Assembly: GCA_964199315.1 (NCBI GenBank)
Contig: OZ116706.1
Span: forward strand, 27,156,001 to 27,220,000
DNA from: Orbicella franksi
Taxonomy: Eukaryota
DNA: 64,000 bases
Direction: 5' to 3'
The position numbers were made by a program, and so were the translations under genes. How positions within the stretch are numbered: position 1 is the first letter of the stretch; every line of letters begins with the position of its first letter. Below the pieces are notes generated by a model that was not told the origin of the DNA, did no database searches, and was given only the letters and a program-made list of their open reading frames with translations. Of this stretch, positions 1 to 13,184 are shown piece after piece.

Positions 1-197
1 GTAGGTCCAGAAAATATCCATACCTCCCCCACGGAAGGGATTTTTTCTAAGACCCCCCCCCCCCCCCCGCCACCCCTCTGGAAATTCCAATAAAGCTTCA
101 CACATTTCTTAAAATTTTTTGGTTACAGAACCCCCCACCCCCAGGAAATTCCAATCCCTTCTGTGGGGGGAGTATGGGTATGTTCTGGACCTGCACA
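1..197. mobile_element. MITE with ~40-bp TIRs (left end at window edge)
   Basis: gtaggtccagaaaatatccatacctcccccacggaaggg pairs with cccttctgtggggggagtatgggtatgttctggacctgcaca. Related decayed copies near 35860-36015 and 40860-40970. Confidence 0.7.
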
Positions 198-558
198 TTA
201 CAGTTTAAAGTAATTCCTGCTTTTTGACTGGTACATGCACAGGAAGGTAACTCTGTCACACTCAGTGCTACGTAAATTAAACAAAACCTCAAATTTATAG
301 CTTAGAAACTTGTAAGTCTACTACAAAACGATAAACACAACAGAATTGTGTTGATAGTATGCATTAGAGGGTATAATTTACTGTAAACTTAAAGATTATT
401 AGAGGCACAAGTAGGACTTATGTCTTCTCAGGGATAACCCCAAAGGATTTGACAACCCTTGTGGTTTTGGCCTTGGTTCCTTAGAACTAAGGAGACTCAG
501 GGGAGGATGAATTAGGACAGTTCTTTGTCTCCACCCTGGGGAATTTGCCATTAATCAG

Positions 559-761
559 GTGCTATTACAGAGGGGAAAAACCGGGGGAGTATTGTTGCGA
601 TTGACTCAAGCCTAAGGGGACAGAACGTCATTGCTAATGCAGTGTACATGACTTTCCGGTCGAAGGGCCACTCTAGCACACAGATAGAACGCCTTGTCAG
701 GAACAGAGAGGATTGGAGGGGTCTTGACAATGACCTTTGCTCCGAAAGGCTTGATCATGAG
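559..761 (+). CDS. Orphan putative coding exon upstream of RAD52
   Basis: Acceptor ttaatcAG (557-558) and strong donor GAG|GTAAGC (762). The 67 open codons are purine-rich at codon position 1 (AITEGKNRGSIVAIDSSLRGQNVIANAVYMTFRSKGHSSTQIERLVRNREDWRGLDNDLCSERLDHE). No family recognised. Confidence 0.4.
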
Positions 762-1378
762 GTAAGCTTATGAAGAACGTATAAGAGCACAAACGTCTGC
801 TTGTTTTGGTTTACGATACAATTTGTTGCTTGTAATAAAAAAAATTATTACGAAAGCTACTACACTAAAAAAGAACAGTTTACCCGTGGAATTGTCTTCG
901 CTTTTCGCCATCAAAATGTAAAATCCTTTCCTTGCCTCTTCTTGTTTTCACGTTTTACACTTGGGAACGATCCAGCTTGAAAACGTGATACACTAACCGT
1001 ATATCAAGCTAACTATCTGTTACACAATTAAAATATATCCTACGGAAAGCACTTTTGTCTACGGCAGTCGAAATATCATTGGATCTTTGGGAGAAATTAT
1101 TTTAAGAAAATAGCACAAAAGTGCAACTTCTTCGAATTGGACGCCATTTTCCTCTAAAACTACCCCGGATGAAAAGACTATATTTTATTGGTTTGTGGTA
1201 TTGGCTACATTGAAGATCCCATAAGTCTTTGCATATCCTGTGTTTTGATTGGTCATTCGATCAATGTTGACAAATTTCAAACAAAGTTTTCTTCCATCTA
1301 CGAACTGTATATTCTCACTTTTCTCGAAGAAAATTACAAAATAGTAGCCTTACTTTTACTGGAGAGTATTCGAGCATA

Positions 1379-2116
1379 ATGTGTAACACTGACAGAGCAC
1401 CAGGAGTTTCATTTGGAAGCGTAAGATTCTCTGAAAGGCCTCAGATCGACTCTGCAAGTTTCAAAGAGAGCTTCGCGCGTGTGTAGTTGATACCTTCATT
1501 TCTGATCTATTCCAGGCTAATTTCACTCCCGGTGAACACGAAGCTATTCAGAACGCCTTAAATCAAAAGCTTGGCCCAGAGTACATTAGCCAAAGAGCAG
1601 GGGCGGGTGGTCAAAAGGTTAGCTTAACATCTTATATCCAAGTTAAGTTAGTTTAATGTGTAACTTGTCAGCAGTTAATTTCTGATCTCGGTTTGTTTTT
1701 GTGGTCCCGTTTCTTATTTTATTGTTGATTCTTTTTTCAATTTATCCCTAGTCAATGATTACATTTATGGGCTGGTGATAAATTGAGAACTAACTAGACG
1801 AAAAGGAACCACATAGGTCAAATCAAAAATTCACTGAGATAAAAAATCAGCAAAAATTAGCAGCATTTACTAAATGGTAAAATATGACAATTTTACCATG
1901 CTTCGACGTAGTTATAAGGTTAATTAATTTTCCGGAGGATGATTGTCTTAGGCTGTGTTCACACTTGTTGGCTGAGCACTGGTGCCTGGGCACCGACACA
2001 AAATAGGGTTGTGTTCAGACAATGGGTACTCCAACTACCCAAGTACCATTCATTGCTCAAGTACAAGGTGGAGACGTACCTGGGTAATTGGTCCAGGGGG
2101 GGGGGGGGCACTGCCG

Positions 2117-2166
<50 letters not shown>

Positions 2167-2248
2167 AGTTTACTCTAGGATAGGGTATATAAATCGGAGC
2201 GTTCAGGTCTAGAATAGGGTATAATTTTTCACAAAACTGACTAGTTGG

Positions 2249-2285
<37 letters not shown>

Positions 2286-5200
2286 TCACTCAAAAATATA
2301 AAAAAATCAAGTCGGCAAGTTTAAATTTATGCAAATCAGCCTCAACAGTGTCGATAGATGGGGGGATTTGGGGAGTTTATTCTAGTATAGGGTAGCAAAA
2401 TTCAGCTGAACTAGCTCTGGTATAGGCCAAGGGTTCCAGGGTCCCAGTGGCACACCCCCACCCAGAAATCCCCAAAGTACCCCCCCCCCCCCCGGGGTAA
2501 TTGGGCACTGTGCCCGAATTATGGTGTGAGTACTTGGGAAAAAGGTGTGTTGGCATTAGTGCCCAGGAAGAATCCAGGAAGTACCTGGGAACTACATTCA
2601 AGCACTGACCAAGTGGGAACATAGTCATAGTCTGAGATATTATTGCTGTTTTCAGCTTGCTTATGTGGAAGGATGGAAAATAATCAATTTGGCAAATGAA
2701 ACTTTTGGTTTCAATGGATGGTCACATTCTGTAACCCATCAAAATATAGGTGAGGATGCAGTGTCTTGCGTCAAGTCAATCATGTATTCATGAGGTTCAA
2801 ATTTCTCAGTTTTACACTGTCAGGTTGACTCTAGTGATAATAGTGTCTATTTTGTTAGACTTTGTTGATCAGGTGGCAAACAAATATTATGTTGGAGTGA
2901 GTGCTTTTGTTAAAGTCCAGTTAAAGGTTAGAATCTTAATTAATTAAAATTATTTAATTAATAAGTAAAATAATAATTAACATGAAATTAATGTTTTGTT
3001 AAATGTACCAACTGAGCTCTTTTGATTCCCTGTCTGCTTTGCTCTATTGTACAAATATAATGGGAGAAATTTTGAAGACAGATATTAGATTACTAGTTAA
3101 ATACACTTTTTTTGATCAAGGATTTGAGTGGTAAACTGATAATTTACTGGAAGTTCATCACTAAGTTGAAGTAGTAGAAGTAGTAGTAGTAGTAGTACAT
3201 GTAGCAGCAGCAGGGGCATAGCCAGGATATTTGAAAGGGGGGTCACACTGTGTCAAAGTGAGGGCACTCACCAGATTGTCAGGTAGACCTCCACTCCTGA
3301 TGTAGGTTAGTTGCTTAAAAACAGCGTACAAAAGGGGATTCACGGGCCCAGGACCCCCCTCCCCCCCCCCCCCCGCCTACGCCCTTGAGCAGTAGTACAC
3401 TGTAGTAGGTATTAATTGGGGATGAAAGAGCAAAGCTAGCTAGAAAATGCAGTTGTATTTCCATATCTCCGCAGAAAAAATGTTACTTTTAGCAGAGACA
3501 AGTAACAGCTGGAAATATGTCTGCATTCGCCGGCTAGGAGGACGTTTGCCTTCAGTGCAATCTACTTGAATGTTACAGGATGGTGTGTTTCATGAGGACA
3601 TTGGTTATGGAGTGTCAGAGGGAATGAAATCTAAAGCTTTGTCACTTGAGAAGGCAAGAAAAGAAGCTGTGACAGATGGACTGAAAAGGGCTCTGAAGTA
3701 AGATCGCTTCTTCAAAATTCTTGTTAAACATAAATTTTAAAATAAGCCTGCCCTCAAATAACATTTTATGGCCTCTAACTACTGCTCGTTAGGATCTGAT
3801 CTATTTAACTATTAGATTAAGAGCTCCAGATTTTTATCGCGTGATAGTCGTACTTAAACGCTACTCACTGTCTACAACAGAATAGATAGAATAGATAGTG
3901 AGTTGCACAATCAATCAGAGGACAGCATTCAAGATAGAACGTTAGAAGATTTATACTAATATTTGCTAGATATGGTACTCTGTCTGGTATATTCACTGTT
4001 GGCTAGCATCATAAGCTGAAAACAAAGATACGTAACTATGTGCATGTATGAAAAATGCTACTGACAGCTACTGTAACACCTATTAGTTTTTTGTGCTTTT
4101 TACCCATGTTAACAGCCAAAAATTGGCATGCAATGCAAGAAAATGGCTTCAAATACATGATTTTGCACATATTGCATGCCCATATAGTTGCATCATATGA
4201 AACCCCTTGATTTGATTCCCCACACGTTTGTCTTGGGAAAAAAAAACGGACAAATAAATCAATAGAAACATTTAACTCATCAACAATAGATGAGCTTGGG
4301 AAATGGTACCTCAAAGGATGGTCAGGGGCCCGAAAGCAAACTGAACCGAGTGCGTAGGGTATCCTTGACAACCCTGTGAGAGGCAACCTCCAGGCACCAT
4401 CACACTGACCAAACAGTGGAAACAAATTCAGACAAGGGGGTTGGAAGGACTGCAGGAGATCTGTCCAACGGCGAAAAACACACCAAATGACTTAACATCT
4501 GAAGCCAAGCTGTAAAATCAAGGTACCCCTGCACAAATCCCCCGGCCACCTCATCCACCACCCTGAAGGAGACTGCTGACCAGCAATATTGCTATTAATA
4601 AAACTACATTTAACTTAGCCTAAATTACATTTAGCCACATATAAACAAGCTTTCAATTTGAATGAGCCATAACTATACCATCACCCCAACTATGCTATAT
4701 TTTACCTAATGTTTGTGCATTCATTTACAACCTCATGTGTTTCTTCAAAAGCCAAACCTTATGTTATTGTATTCATCTGCCATAATTATACTTGTAACAA
4801 CTCATTAATAATTAAGTATTTCCTTGTTTTGCAGGAGTTTTGGAGAGTCACTTGGCAATTGTATCAGTGACAAAGACTATTTGAAGTTCATTACAAAGCA
4901 ACCCAAATCAGTAAGAGCCACAGAGGAGTTTCTCAACAGTGCTAGCTAGACCTAAATTACATCTGTATTGAAACTCTGGTTTTTGTTGCATGGATAGACT
5001 TCAGTTTGTGTATTGCTACTACACCAATGTGTGCAAATTGGGTTGTGTAGCTGATTGACACAATACCATGTCCCTGGCAAGGGTAAAACCTAGATCTTTT
5101 AATCCTGCAGAGCTCAACCCTTACACCACAGTGACTGTACCTCACATTAGGAGTTAGACTTAGTTAGAGTATCTCCTTCAGTTCAATGGCCAGTGTTATT

Positions 5201-8200
5201 AAAAAGGGCAACACAATTTCCCCGTCTCAAACCTGGATCTGTTGATCCAGAGTTCAGCTGTTACACCATTGTACCTCCCACCAGGAGAAGTTAGTTTTAG
5301 TATTGCTCCCCAGCCAGTGTTACATTGATGGCAGTTGTGACTCAAAGGCATGATTAACCATGTCCCTGGCAAGACTCCAGCCTGGATCTGTTGATCAAGA
5401 GTCCAACATTTACACCATTATACATCCCACTAGGAGGTAGAGTATTGTTGACGGGAAGCAACAAGCTTGGGATAGATTAATTAGTAACCTTTGACATGCA
5501 TATATACATTTATTTAATTTAGTAAACATAGACTTATTGTTATGAAGGGTACCATTCAGTACGATGTAAACTACATGAGGAGACCAGGGCAAAGAGTGGT
5601 GTTGAGACCTAAAAATGGTCAACGAATGGATCATGGGATGATGAATGAAACTGCTCCTGGAAGTAAGTTAAAATCAAGCCCAGGAAGTATAGATTTAACT
5701 TTCAAATTACATTATTTTGCAGCAACTACATTTATGCTACACATCCTCGTTCCCAGGGTCTACTCCTTGCAATCTTTTTTCAAACTTCTCAGCTGATCAA
5801 ACAACCCCAAGGCCATGGTTGACACTCTTGGCACATCACTACGTATTGAAAATGGTCCGTACTTGACTTCCCACATGAGGGTTTATGGAATTTCCTCTCC
5901 CACTGTCCAAGCAAATAATATGTTCAAATATAATAAAAAACTGTACCTTATTGGTGAACAAAATTAATGAAAAGTTGACAGGAGTTTCATTGTGTTTACA
6001 AATTCCCCTATTCAAAGTAATCGTGACCAATGGCTAACAAAAATGATTCTTGTGTCTGGTCAGTTCTAGATAAGCTGTATTAATGTACTGGGCGTTTTGG
6101 CGATAATCTCCATATTCAGTGTTTATTGTCACTCTGACAATCACACGGTCATACTTGTGGAAGCAAAGGCCAAATTTTACCTTTATAGATATGTCTATCA
6201 GTGTTTGTCCAATAGCAAATGCAATCACCAGTATTCTTTTTTTCTTTTTGTTTGTTTGTTTTTTGCTTGTTCCAGGTAACAGTCATGAAAACACTGGACA
6301 AGCACAAGTCATTTCTACTTCCAAGTGTGTACAAAACAGCTCCTCTGAAAGGCACCCTGCAGAATCAACAACAACAGTTAAGACAAAACAAGAAGACTTG
6401 CATCCAAATTCAAGAATACCAAATGAATTTAGGACTCCTCTAGTTGAACGGGACAAATCTAACAGAACACCTTCTTTTCCTCCTCCACCGAAAACACCCT
6501 TAGCAGCCTCCACCCCTACAGCTATGGTGCCAGCCCAGAAAAGCAGTACCAGTGCTATGACCACGCCTTTAGAAAATAGGACATGTGGAACCACCCCACA
6601 ACAAGAGAACTACAGTGTTCTTCCAGAAGGTGATTTATTTTCATTTGTACCCTTCAAAATTGCTAGATTGTAATGTAAGCGGATCTTGGTTAGAAAATAA
6701 TCTAATTTAGTTTAAAATGCACAGAATAACAGTGCAAATATCACAACGTCTGAAGTGCAACTTGTGTTAAGCCCTGAAATTGTAATGTGTGTCCACTACC
6801 TATATTATTGTTCTGGGTACACTGGCTTAGTTTTTGCGTGTTTATCTGGCGGTCATTCAAAAGACTGAGCGGCGATTTTATCCTTCTTGAAACTTCTCCC
6901 TCGACAATAGATTGCCTTTTAGGGCTAGAAACAACTTGTTCTGTTCTTATTATCCTGTGGTCTCTGTGAGGAGAAACTCGATTATTTAGCAAACATATTG
7001 TAAAGAATTTGTTACGTACCGTTAAAGGATCGGTTATGATGACAATCGTCCTATTAGAAGGACTAGAAGAGCGGTTTCGGTTTTTAGGAGAACACGAAAA
7101 CGGCCTGCGGTTTCGAAGGAACAGAATATGGAAAGACCCTCATTATCTAGAAACTAACTAATTTTCGCGACACGTTTATTTCGCGATTTCGAGGTGCGCA
7201 TATTTCGCGACACTTAAATTCCGCGAATTTACGAAGATTTTGTATTATGAATCACTTTAACTTTGCGTTTTTGAATAACACACAATTTATTTCCTTGGTG
7301 CACAGTGTTACTTCAACATGTCCTTGAATTTAGTAAACCGACTTTATCAAAGGTACAATAACGTCAAAATTACGAGTCGTGGTCGAAAAAGTTCCAATTG
7401 AAAACTCTACTCCCACAGTTTTCCTGGAAAAGTATCTTACGACTAAAATCCTTTTTGTCACACCAAAGTTATGAAAAGTAAAATATTGCCAGCATTAGAC
7501 CCCGGGGGCGGGGATCCCCATATAAAAATGACGGGGGTGCTCGTCGTACTTCTTAGGGGTTAGGAGTTTTGGTACCTCTAAGGGTGTTTAACCTCGAAAG
7601 GTCCATAGCGGGAGCTTTTGCGGTTACCCTTAAGGGTATTGAGCCAAAACAATATGACAGGAGATAATGTGTTACGTAAGAATTGTTACCTCTTAGGGGA
7701 GGAAGAAATTTCAACCCACGCCTACAGTACAAAACAAGATCTTGCTACCTCTAGGGTTTTTTTCTTATACTGAAGTCCCCCGGGCATTAGACTAACCTGT
7801 TCATGTTGATTAATTCACCTTCACATTTCATTACCGAGCTTAAAATTCACCATCTTTATTAACTTATCACTACTCACGATGAATTCGATAGCGTTGATCC
7901 TAGCAGTATACAGGACACCTGTCATATATGAACTCAGTTAAATGACCTTGCTCTCCATGAGTTCTCTTAGCTCAGTGGATAGAGCGCCCGCCCGGTGTTC
8001 GGGAGGTCATGGGTTCGATTCCTGTCGGTGACTCAGAATTTTTCTTTGTCCCACGTTCGTGTCATGTTGATTAATTCACCTTCACATTTCAATGATGTTT
8101 TCAATCGTCTCGTCAACAGATGACCCTCTTTTATGGAATCAGTCATTTGGTTTTGAAGAAGCGTTGATATCCTGCAGCGAGGAAGTATTGATGAGGCCAG

Positions 8201-9443
8201 GCGAATCCAAACTTGAAAATCGTACGGTTAGACAGGCTGACGGAAATTTTATTAGGTATGTTTTAGCCTAAATGGGTAGGGCAAATCTCGACGAGCAAAT
8301 TTTTTTGTATTTGAATCATGGAACCAAGTTAAGGACGTTCGCACCAAAAAATGTCCTCACAAATAGATTTTTTTAAAAACTTATCATGAAGTAAGGTAAA
8401 GAAAAAGCCAAACAATGGGAAAGGGGGGTCACCGTGCTCGTTTTCGAGATAAGGCGCGTTGAAGAGGTTTTCGTTTACATTTTAAGACGAAATTAGCTTA
8501 CAGCTATCGCACATAAAAATGCTGCATTAGTGAAATTTAGATCAGGTAAACGTTCTCAATTAAACACAACTAAGTATATTAAGTAAACGTTTGAAGCTGG
8601 CGTCGTTCCTTGAGGTAGAATAGGCCTAGAAAAAGAATAAATATACTTCGCTCTCACGAGGGCAGAAAAAGCGAAATATTTGTAACTTCTCACGTATAGA
8701 TTTTTCCTGTTTTTTGTGAAAGTGGATAAAATCGGGAAAGGAATTTATCTACCGAAAGAAAAATGGGGGTCTTCAAGCATCCAAGAGAGTAAATTAATTG
8801 CAGGTGAAGTTACCGCAACTGCTGCCAAACCCGTTACTTGCTTACATTTCTTCCTTTTCGCGCGCGCTTGATGTATGACGTGGCGTGAAGTTGCAACATG
8901 AATTTCGTACGCAGAAAGGATGACGTCCTTAACTCCAGATCATGTTTGTTATATCAGTATTTTTTTCGCTTTCAAGTACCCACCGTTATTTGATATTCTC
9001 TTCTTTTTCATAGATGTAACAGAAACGTGGCAGTCCCACCCAAGTCTTCTTCAAGTAACAACTGCAATAACGCTGCCATTAACAAACATTTCGCGTGTTC
9101 CAAATCGTATCATCCAACCTCAAGCAAAGCTGTCATTTCGGGGCACTCGAATCAACCAGGTAAGAATTGGCGCGAAAGCTCGGGCAAGCGCGTCGATGCT
9201 CTAACCAATCAGAGTAATCGTGTTGTTTTTTAACCAATCAGGATCAAACCAAAAGTAGTTGTGTCTCGCGTTTTCCCGCGCTTAACACTGCTTAGCGCGT
9301 GTTGCTTGAATTCTGATTGGTTGTTTGCGTTATTTCCGTTGGTTGTGTTTGGTCAAATGTGGTTTGGTCTAAAAATGTGTTTTAATTTACTCTCCGCAGA
9401 AAACACGAAACGGAGGAGAGTAGAGGAACACACTGTCAGATGA
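1379..9443 (+). CDS. RAD52: DNA repair protein RAD52 homolog, 11 coding exons, ~431 aa
   Basis: Exons 1379-1420, 1516-1617, 2656-2749, 2859-2926, 3579-3697, 4835-4910, 5548-5662, 6276-6629, 8120-8255, 9014-9159, 9400-9443. All are GT-AG and phase-consistent (1296 nt total). Translation contains [130 protein letters not shown], the Rad52 N-terminal annealing domain. It ends [14 protein letters not shown]. Confidence 0.95.
2092..2496 (+). mobile_element. hAT-like MITE with poly-G/poly-C termini, copy 1
   Basis: 8-bp TSD GTAATTGG (2084-2091, 2497-2504). Highly similar to 13185-13580. Confidence 0.85.
3211..3387. mobile_element. hAT-like MITE inserted beside a (GTA)n microsatellite
   Basis: Termini caggggcatagc / gcctacgcccttg; 8-bp TSD AGCAGCAG/AGCAGTAG. 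(GTA)n at ~3172-3197. Confidence 0.7.
5000..5440 (-). repeat. Three tandem degenerate ~145-bp units resembling SINE tRNA heads
   Basis: Recurring ccatgtccctggcaag, acctggatctgttgatc and tacacca...tccca..aggag blocks in RAD52 intron 6. Confidence 0.6.
7501..7784. mobile_element. MITE with CCCGGGGG termini
   Basis: cccggggg...cccccggg flanked by a perfect 8-bp TSD CATTAGAC (7493-7500, 7785-7792). Confidence 0.8.
7801..8091 (+). mobile_element. Element with internal tRNA-like (Pol III A/B box) segment and 30-bp direct terminal repeats
   Basis: tcatgttgattaattcaccttcacatttca at 7801-7830 and 8062-8091. A box TAGCTCAGTGG at 7968; B box GGTTCGATTCC at 8012. Confidence 0.75.
8333..8928. mobile_element. 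Non-autonomous TIR element with TTAA target (Kolobok-like)
   Basis: TTAA|GGACGT ... ACGTCC|TTAA in RAD52 intron 9. Confidence 0.65.
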
Positions 9444-10298
9444 TATGAAACGATGCTACGGTGGCAGTATGAATACACGCGGGTCTGTCTCACATGGGAA
9501 GAATCGCGCGAGAAAGAGACACTCGAATCGAAAAATCATAAGTTGATGACGTAGTACAACAGATATCTGTGACCTCTCTGATTTTTTTTCTTGCTAGGTT
9601 TTTGTAATTTTGCGCCGAAATTTCGACCAGTCAGAGACACTTCACGGATGGCTGTTTTAGCTACGTTATCGGCACGGCCGTTTCTTGGATTTAATCTCGG
9701 AAATCACTTTCGTTGGAGTGAGGGGGTGGGGTGAATTTCGACCAATTTCTCAGAGTGGTGTCTCACTGTCGAGGTATCGCGAGAAACGTTTGCCGTCTGA
9801 TTCCCAAAGAACATTCATAAAATCACAAGAAATTTACCAGGTATCCTAAAACCAGGCATGCTTTGAAGACAATGAAAAAGTTGCACCCCAGCATTACTAC
9901 ATATAAGTTAGTTTTTGTTTTTCAAATTGTTGACGTTATTGGAAAGTAACTTTTGAATTACTTGTATTTGGTTTTATTTGCCTCCCAAAACAGTTTAAAA
10001 TTAGTGACACACTTCTTGCGTTTTGATGTAAAGTATTGGGTTTTTTTAAACAATAGTTGCGTCGAGTCGAATACCCATTTAAAATCTGTTCACTCTGCAT
10101 TGCAGGCAGAGTCTGTTTTTGTTTGTTATCTGTTTCTTATTTCCTTTTACCTCAACCCGCAAAGCTGTTTTAATTTATATTTGTGACAAAGCAGATGATG
10201 GAATAAAGTTTATTTTTTATGCATCTTCCGACTAAGGCTTAGATACACTGAAGTGGGAATCAGTTTAAAGTGAACATAAGCTTATATGTTTTACAACT

Positions 10299-10661
10299 CA
10301 AGAACCCCCGGCCAAACGATCACAACATTTCAACGCAACATATCGCAACATTGTTGGTCGCAACATGTTGCGTGCGTTTGGGCACCCTGTTGCGACGTGT
10401 TGCGACACGTTGGGAGTTGAAAATCGAACTAGTGCGCATGCCCTGGCGCAACATTGTTGCACGAACCTGGCCAAACGACTACAACATCATGCAACATCCA
10501 CGAATGTTGGGTGAGAAATTTGACCATTTTCAAATTTGAGCCGACAACACCCAACATGTCGCAACAAGTCGCAACAGGGTGGCCAAACGCGCGAAACATG
10601 CTACGCCCAGCAATGTTGCTATGTGTTGCGTTGAAGTGTTGCGATCGTTTGGCTGGGGCTT
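10299..10661. mobile_element. MITE, Harbinger-like, rich in gcaaca/tgttgc repeats
   Basis: TIR cccggccaaacgatcacaacatttcaacgcaaca pairs with tgttgcgttgaagtgttgcgatcgtttggctgggg; TAA flank. Confidence 0.75.
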
Positions 10662-11411
10662 AAGTTTGTTTAATTTATGAGCAACGCAGACGTGTGGTTT
10701 CTACCCCTCGAGCAACACTTTCAGCTACTTTCGCTTCTTTGTGTTCTCCAAACTTCCTGCGTACATCATAACTCGATGATGCTTGCTAAATAATAATTTT
10801 ATTTTTATTTAATTTTTTTTAACTCGTACATTTGCAGTTTTTTTGTGTGTGTCAATGAAATCTTAAGACAGAAAAAAAGTGTACTATATGAGTCTGGAGA
10901 CTGAAGTAACCAAGGGTTTTCTAGTCAGCCTCCAGGTATTATGTTTCTATGGAGATTTAAGAGAAAAAAAGCTATTAAGAGAATGAGATATGTACATAAA
11001 ATTGGAAAAAAAGGAGCATATAGAAATATTACTAGTTTTCAGAATATTGTTCAGACAGTAAGTAAAGTTTCAGAGTCAAAGCCGTAGTCAAACGGCTCAT
11101 GATAGTCCATGATAGTTGATTCTCCCCCTCACTGTCATCAACTATCAGCGAGTTTAAGTAACCACGACGGCCACGACGAGGGCAGCGTTGATTAAAAAAT
11201 GAATTTATATTTTACCTAAGAATCTCGCGGTACTCTTAAGTCATTTACATTGTTTATCACTGTCAAAACTATCACGAAACTAAATCTGGGCCACAGCGAT
11301 AAATTTGAAATGAAAATTTAAAAAACTTTCCGTCGTGATTCATGTTCTCCCGGAAACAACGCAGCATTTGGTCATTTCACTTTGTTAGGGAGTTTCGCCG
11401 AACAAACGGTT

Positions 11412-12143
11412 TAAGGGCCCATTAACTGATCTTTTCGAGCCGTTGCTAAGGAAAATTTATTCTCTCATAACCTCGTCATTTTTACTTATTTCAGAGTTAT
11501 TTCATGTGTTTTAACTTTTTCATGATCAGTAACACTAGTGATGGCGTCATCAGGCCCCGCCCATGGTCATGTGACTAATACTGAAAAACGCAAAGGCTCC
11601 CAGGCAAATTACTTTATCGGGATTTTTTCATTGATTTAATATTCTAATTTAAATCCTCATTACGCTATGCATAGATTTTGTTTCATTTGTAAAAGGTCAG
11701 ATTTTGAGAGAATTTCAAAATATTGAAAAGTTCGTAATTTTCTGAAAAAAGCATGATTTCGAAGAAGGAATGCATAGCTATGTTTCCAACATTGGCTTTA
11801 ATCGAAATTGGTCGAAAAAGGCTGGATTGAATGAAAAACAGCGTTTCCTTTAGCATTTAAAGAAACCGGAAGTGCGCCCGATATATATTGGAAGTTACCC
11901 TATGCAGCATGGAGTTAGTTGGTCTTGTCTTTCTGTCTTTCTCTTATTTTGTCTTTGCTTGTACTTTTTTTACTTTGCATTTTGCGAAAAACAAAGAGAA
12001 ACATCCAAAATGAAACCGAATTTGCAAGTTACTGAGTTGTTTTTATTTTCCGCGCTCAGGCTGACGTAAGTGACCAGAAGTGAAATTTCACCTCCTTAGC
12101 AACGCGCGCGAGCGCGCGCATAAATCGGCTAATGGACCCTTAA
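11412..12143. mobile_element. TIR element ~730 bp
   Basis: taagggcccattaactgat...cgttgctaagga pairs with tccttagcaacg...atcggctaatggaccctta; TTAA/TAA flanks. Confidence 0.65.
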
Positions 12144-13184
12144 GCGCTCAGGTGACGCCAAGCTGAGAGTAAATTAGAGCTCTTTTACCGGTTGTTCATC
12201 GAGTTGTTTCGTCATAATGTTTTGGCCCTAGGCTTAGGCACATGTTTGAACGGAGTTTGAAACTATTGCTACGTATACCGAAGTGATTTAATGCCTTTCA
12301 GGTGCTCAAGTAGTTTTCCTTTCTTCTTAGGATTACTTGCGTCATTTGTACACGTCTGGCAGGCAATCATAGCGCGCGCTACTGTAGTCAGCCGCCACCT
12401 TAACAAATAGATTCCATGTTGCCTTTCGTCTGTTCAGTAATAGATCACAGATGACGTCAAAATGTGTTAATAACGAAAAAGTGGCACACGGGGTGATAGC
12501 CGAATGTGTCACTGATGTTCTTATCACATTTGACCATTGTTGACGTCTTCTGTGATCTATTGCTGACGCACGGCAACATGGGATCTACTTGTTTCATATA
12601 ATAAAGAAACAAAAAAGAATGTCCGCCATCTATGCGTCTGTCCTCCAATAGATCATAAGCACGAACCAATCAAAATGAGAACAATTTTTACTCAGCTAGT
12701 ACCGTAAGGTTGTTAACAAAATGGGAGCCACTTTGCGTTTTCGAATTGCCAGTCATCGCTAGAAAAGTAAAATCAAAGTGGGTGGAAATCATTTGTGGTC
12801 TACTGGACAAGATAGATAGGATTGCATTGTCTTTCGGCATAAACGATTGGTCAGCTGAAATGTGAAATGTCTGAGTGTTGCATTCATGTGTTATGAAGTC
12901 TTACGTGAGTAGGAAAATTATAGCCGAAAGCAAGAAAATTCTCTGTATTGGAAAATAAAAACAGAGGTCACGTAACCTATTTTACCACATGACTCTCCAG
13001 TTAAATTTCAGAAGTCCGCCAAAATTTAAAAACAAAGTAGACCCCCAAATTAGAAAATTTGCTGCGCTCTAGTCTTTATGGGTTTGAAGGAACGCCTGGT
13101 CAATGAATTCTAAAAATGGTGGCCTCGATCAGTTTAAAAACAACGAATTCGGCGAGCTTTTCAAAGGGTATCCTATCTTCTAAT

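Noticed and set aside
610-911. Minus-strand two-exon gene head-to-head with RAD52 (MAKSEDNST / AYLMIKPFGAKV...)
   Set aside because: Splice signals are plausible, but codon-position bias favours the plus-strand reading of the same DNA and the product is short and unrecognised. Not fully excluded.
7960-8035. tRNA gene
   Set aside because: A/B boxes are present, but there is no convincing acceptor stem or anticodon arm, and it is embedded in a repeat with terminal direct repeats.
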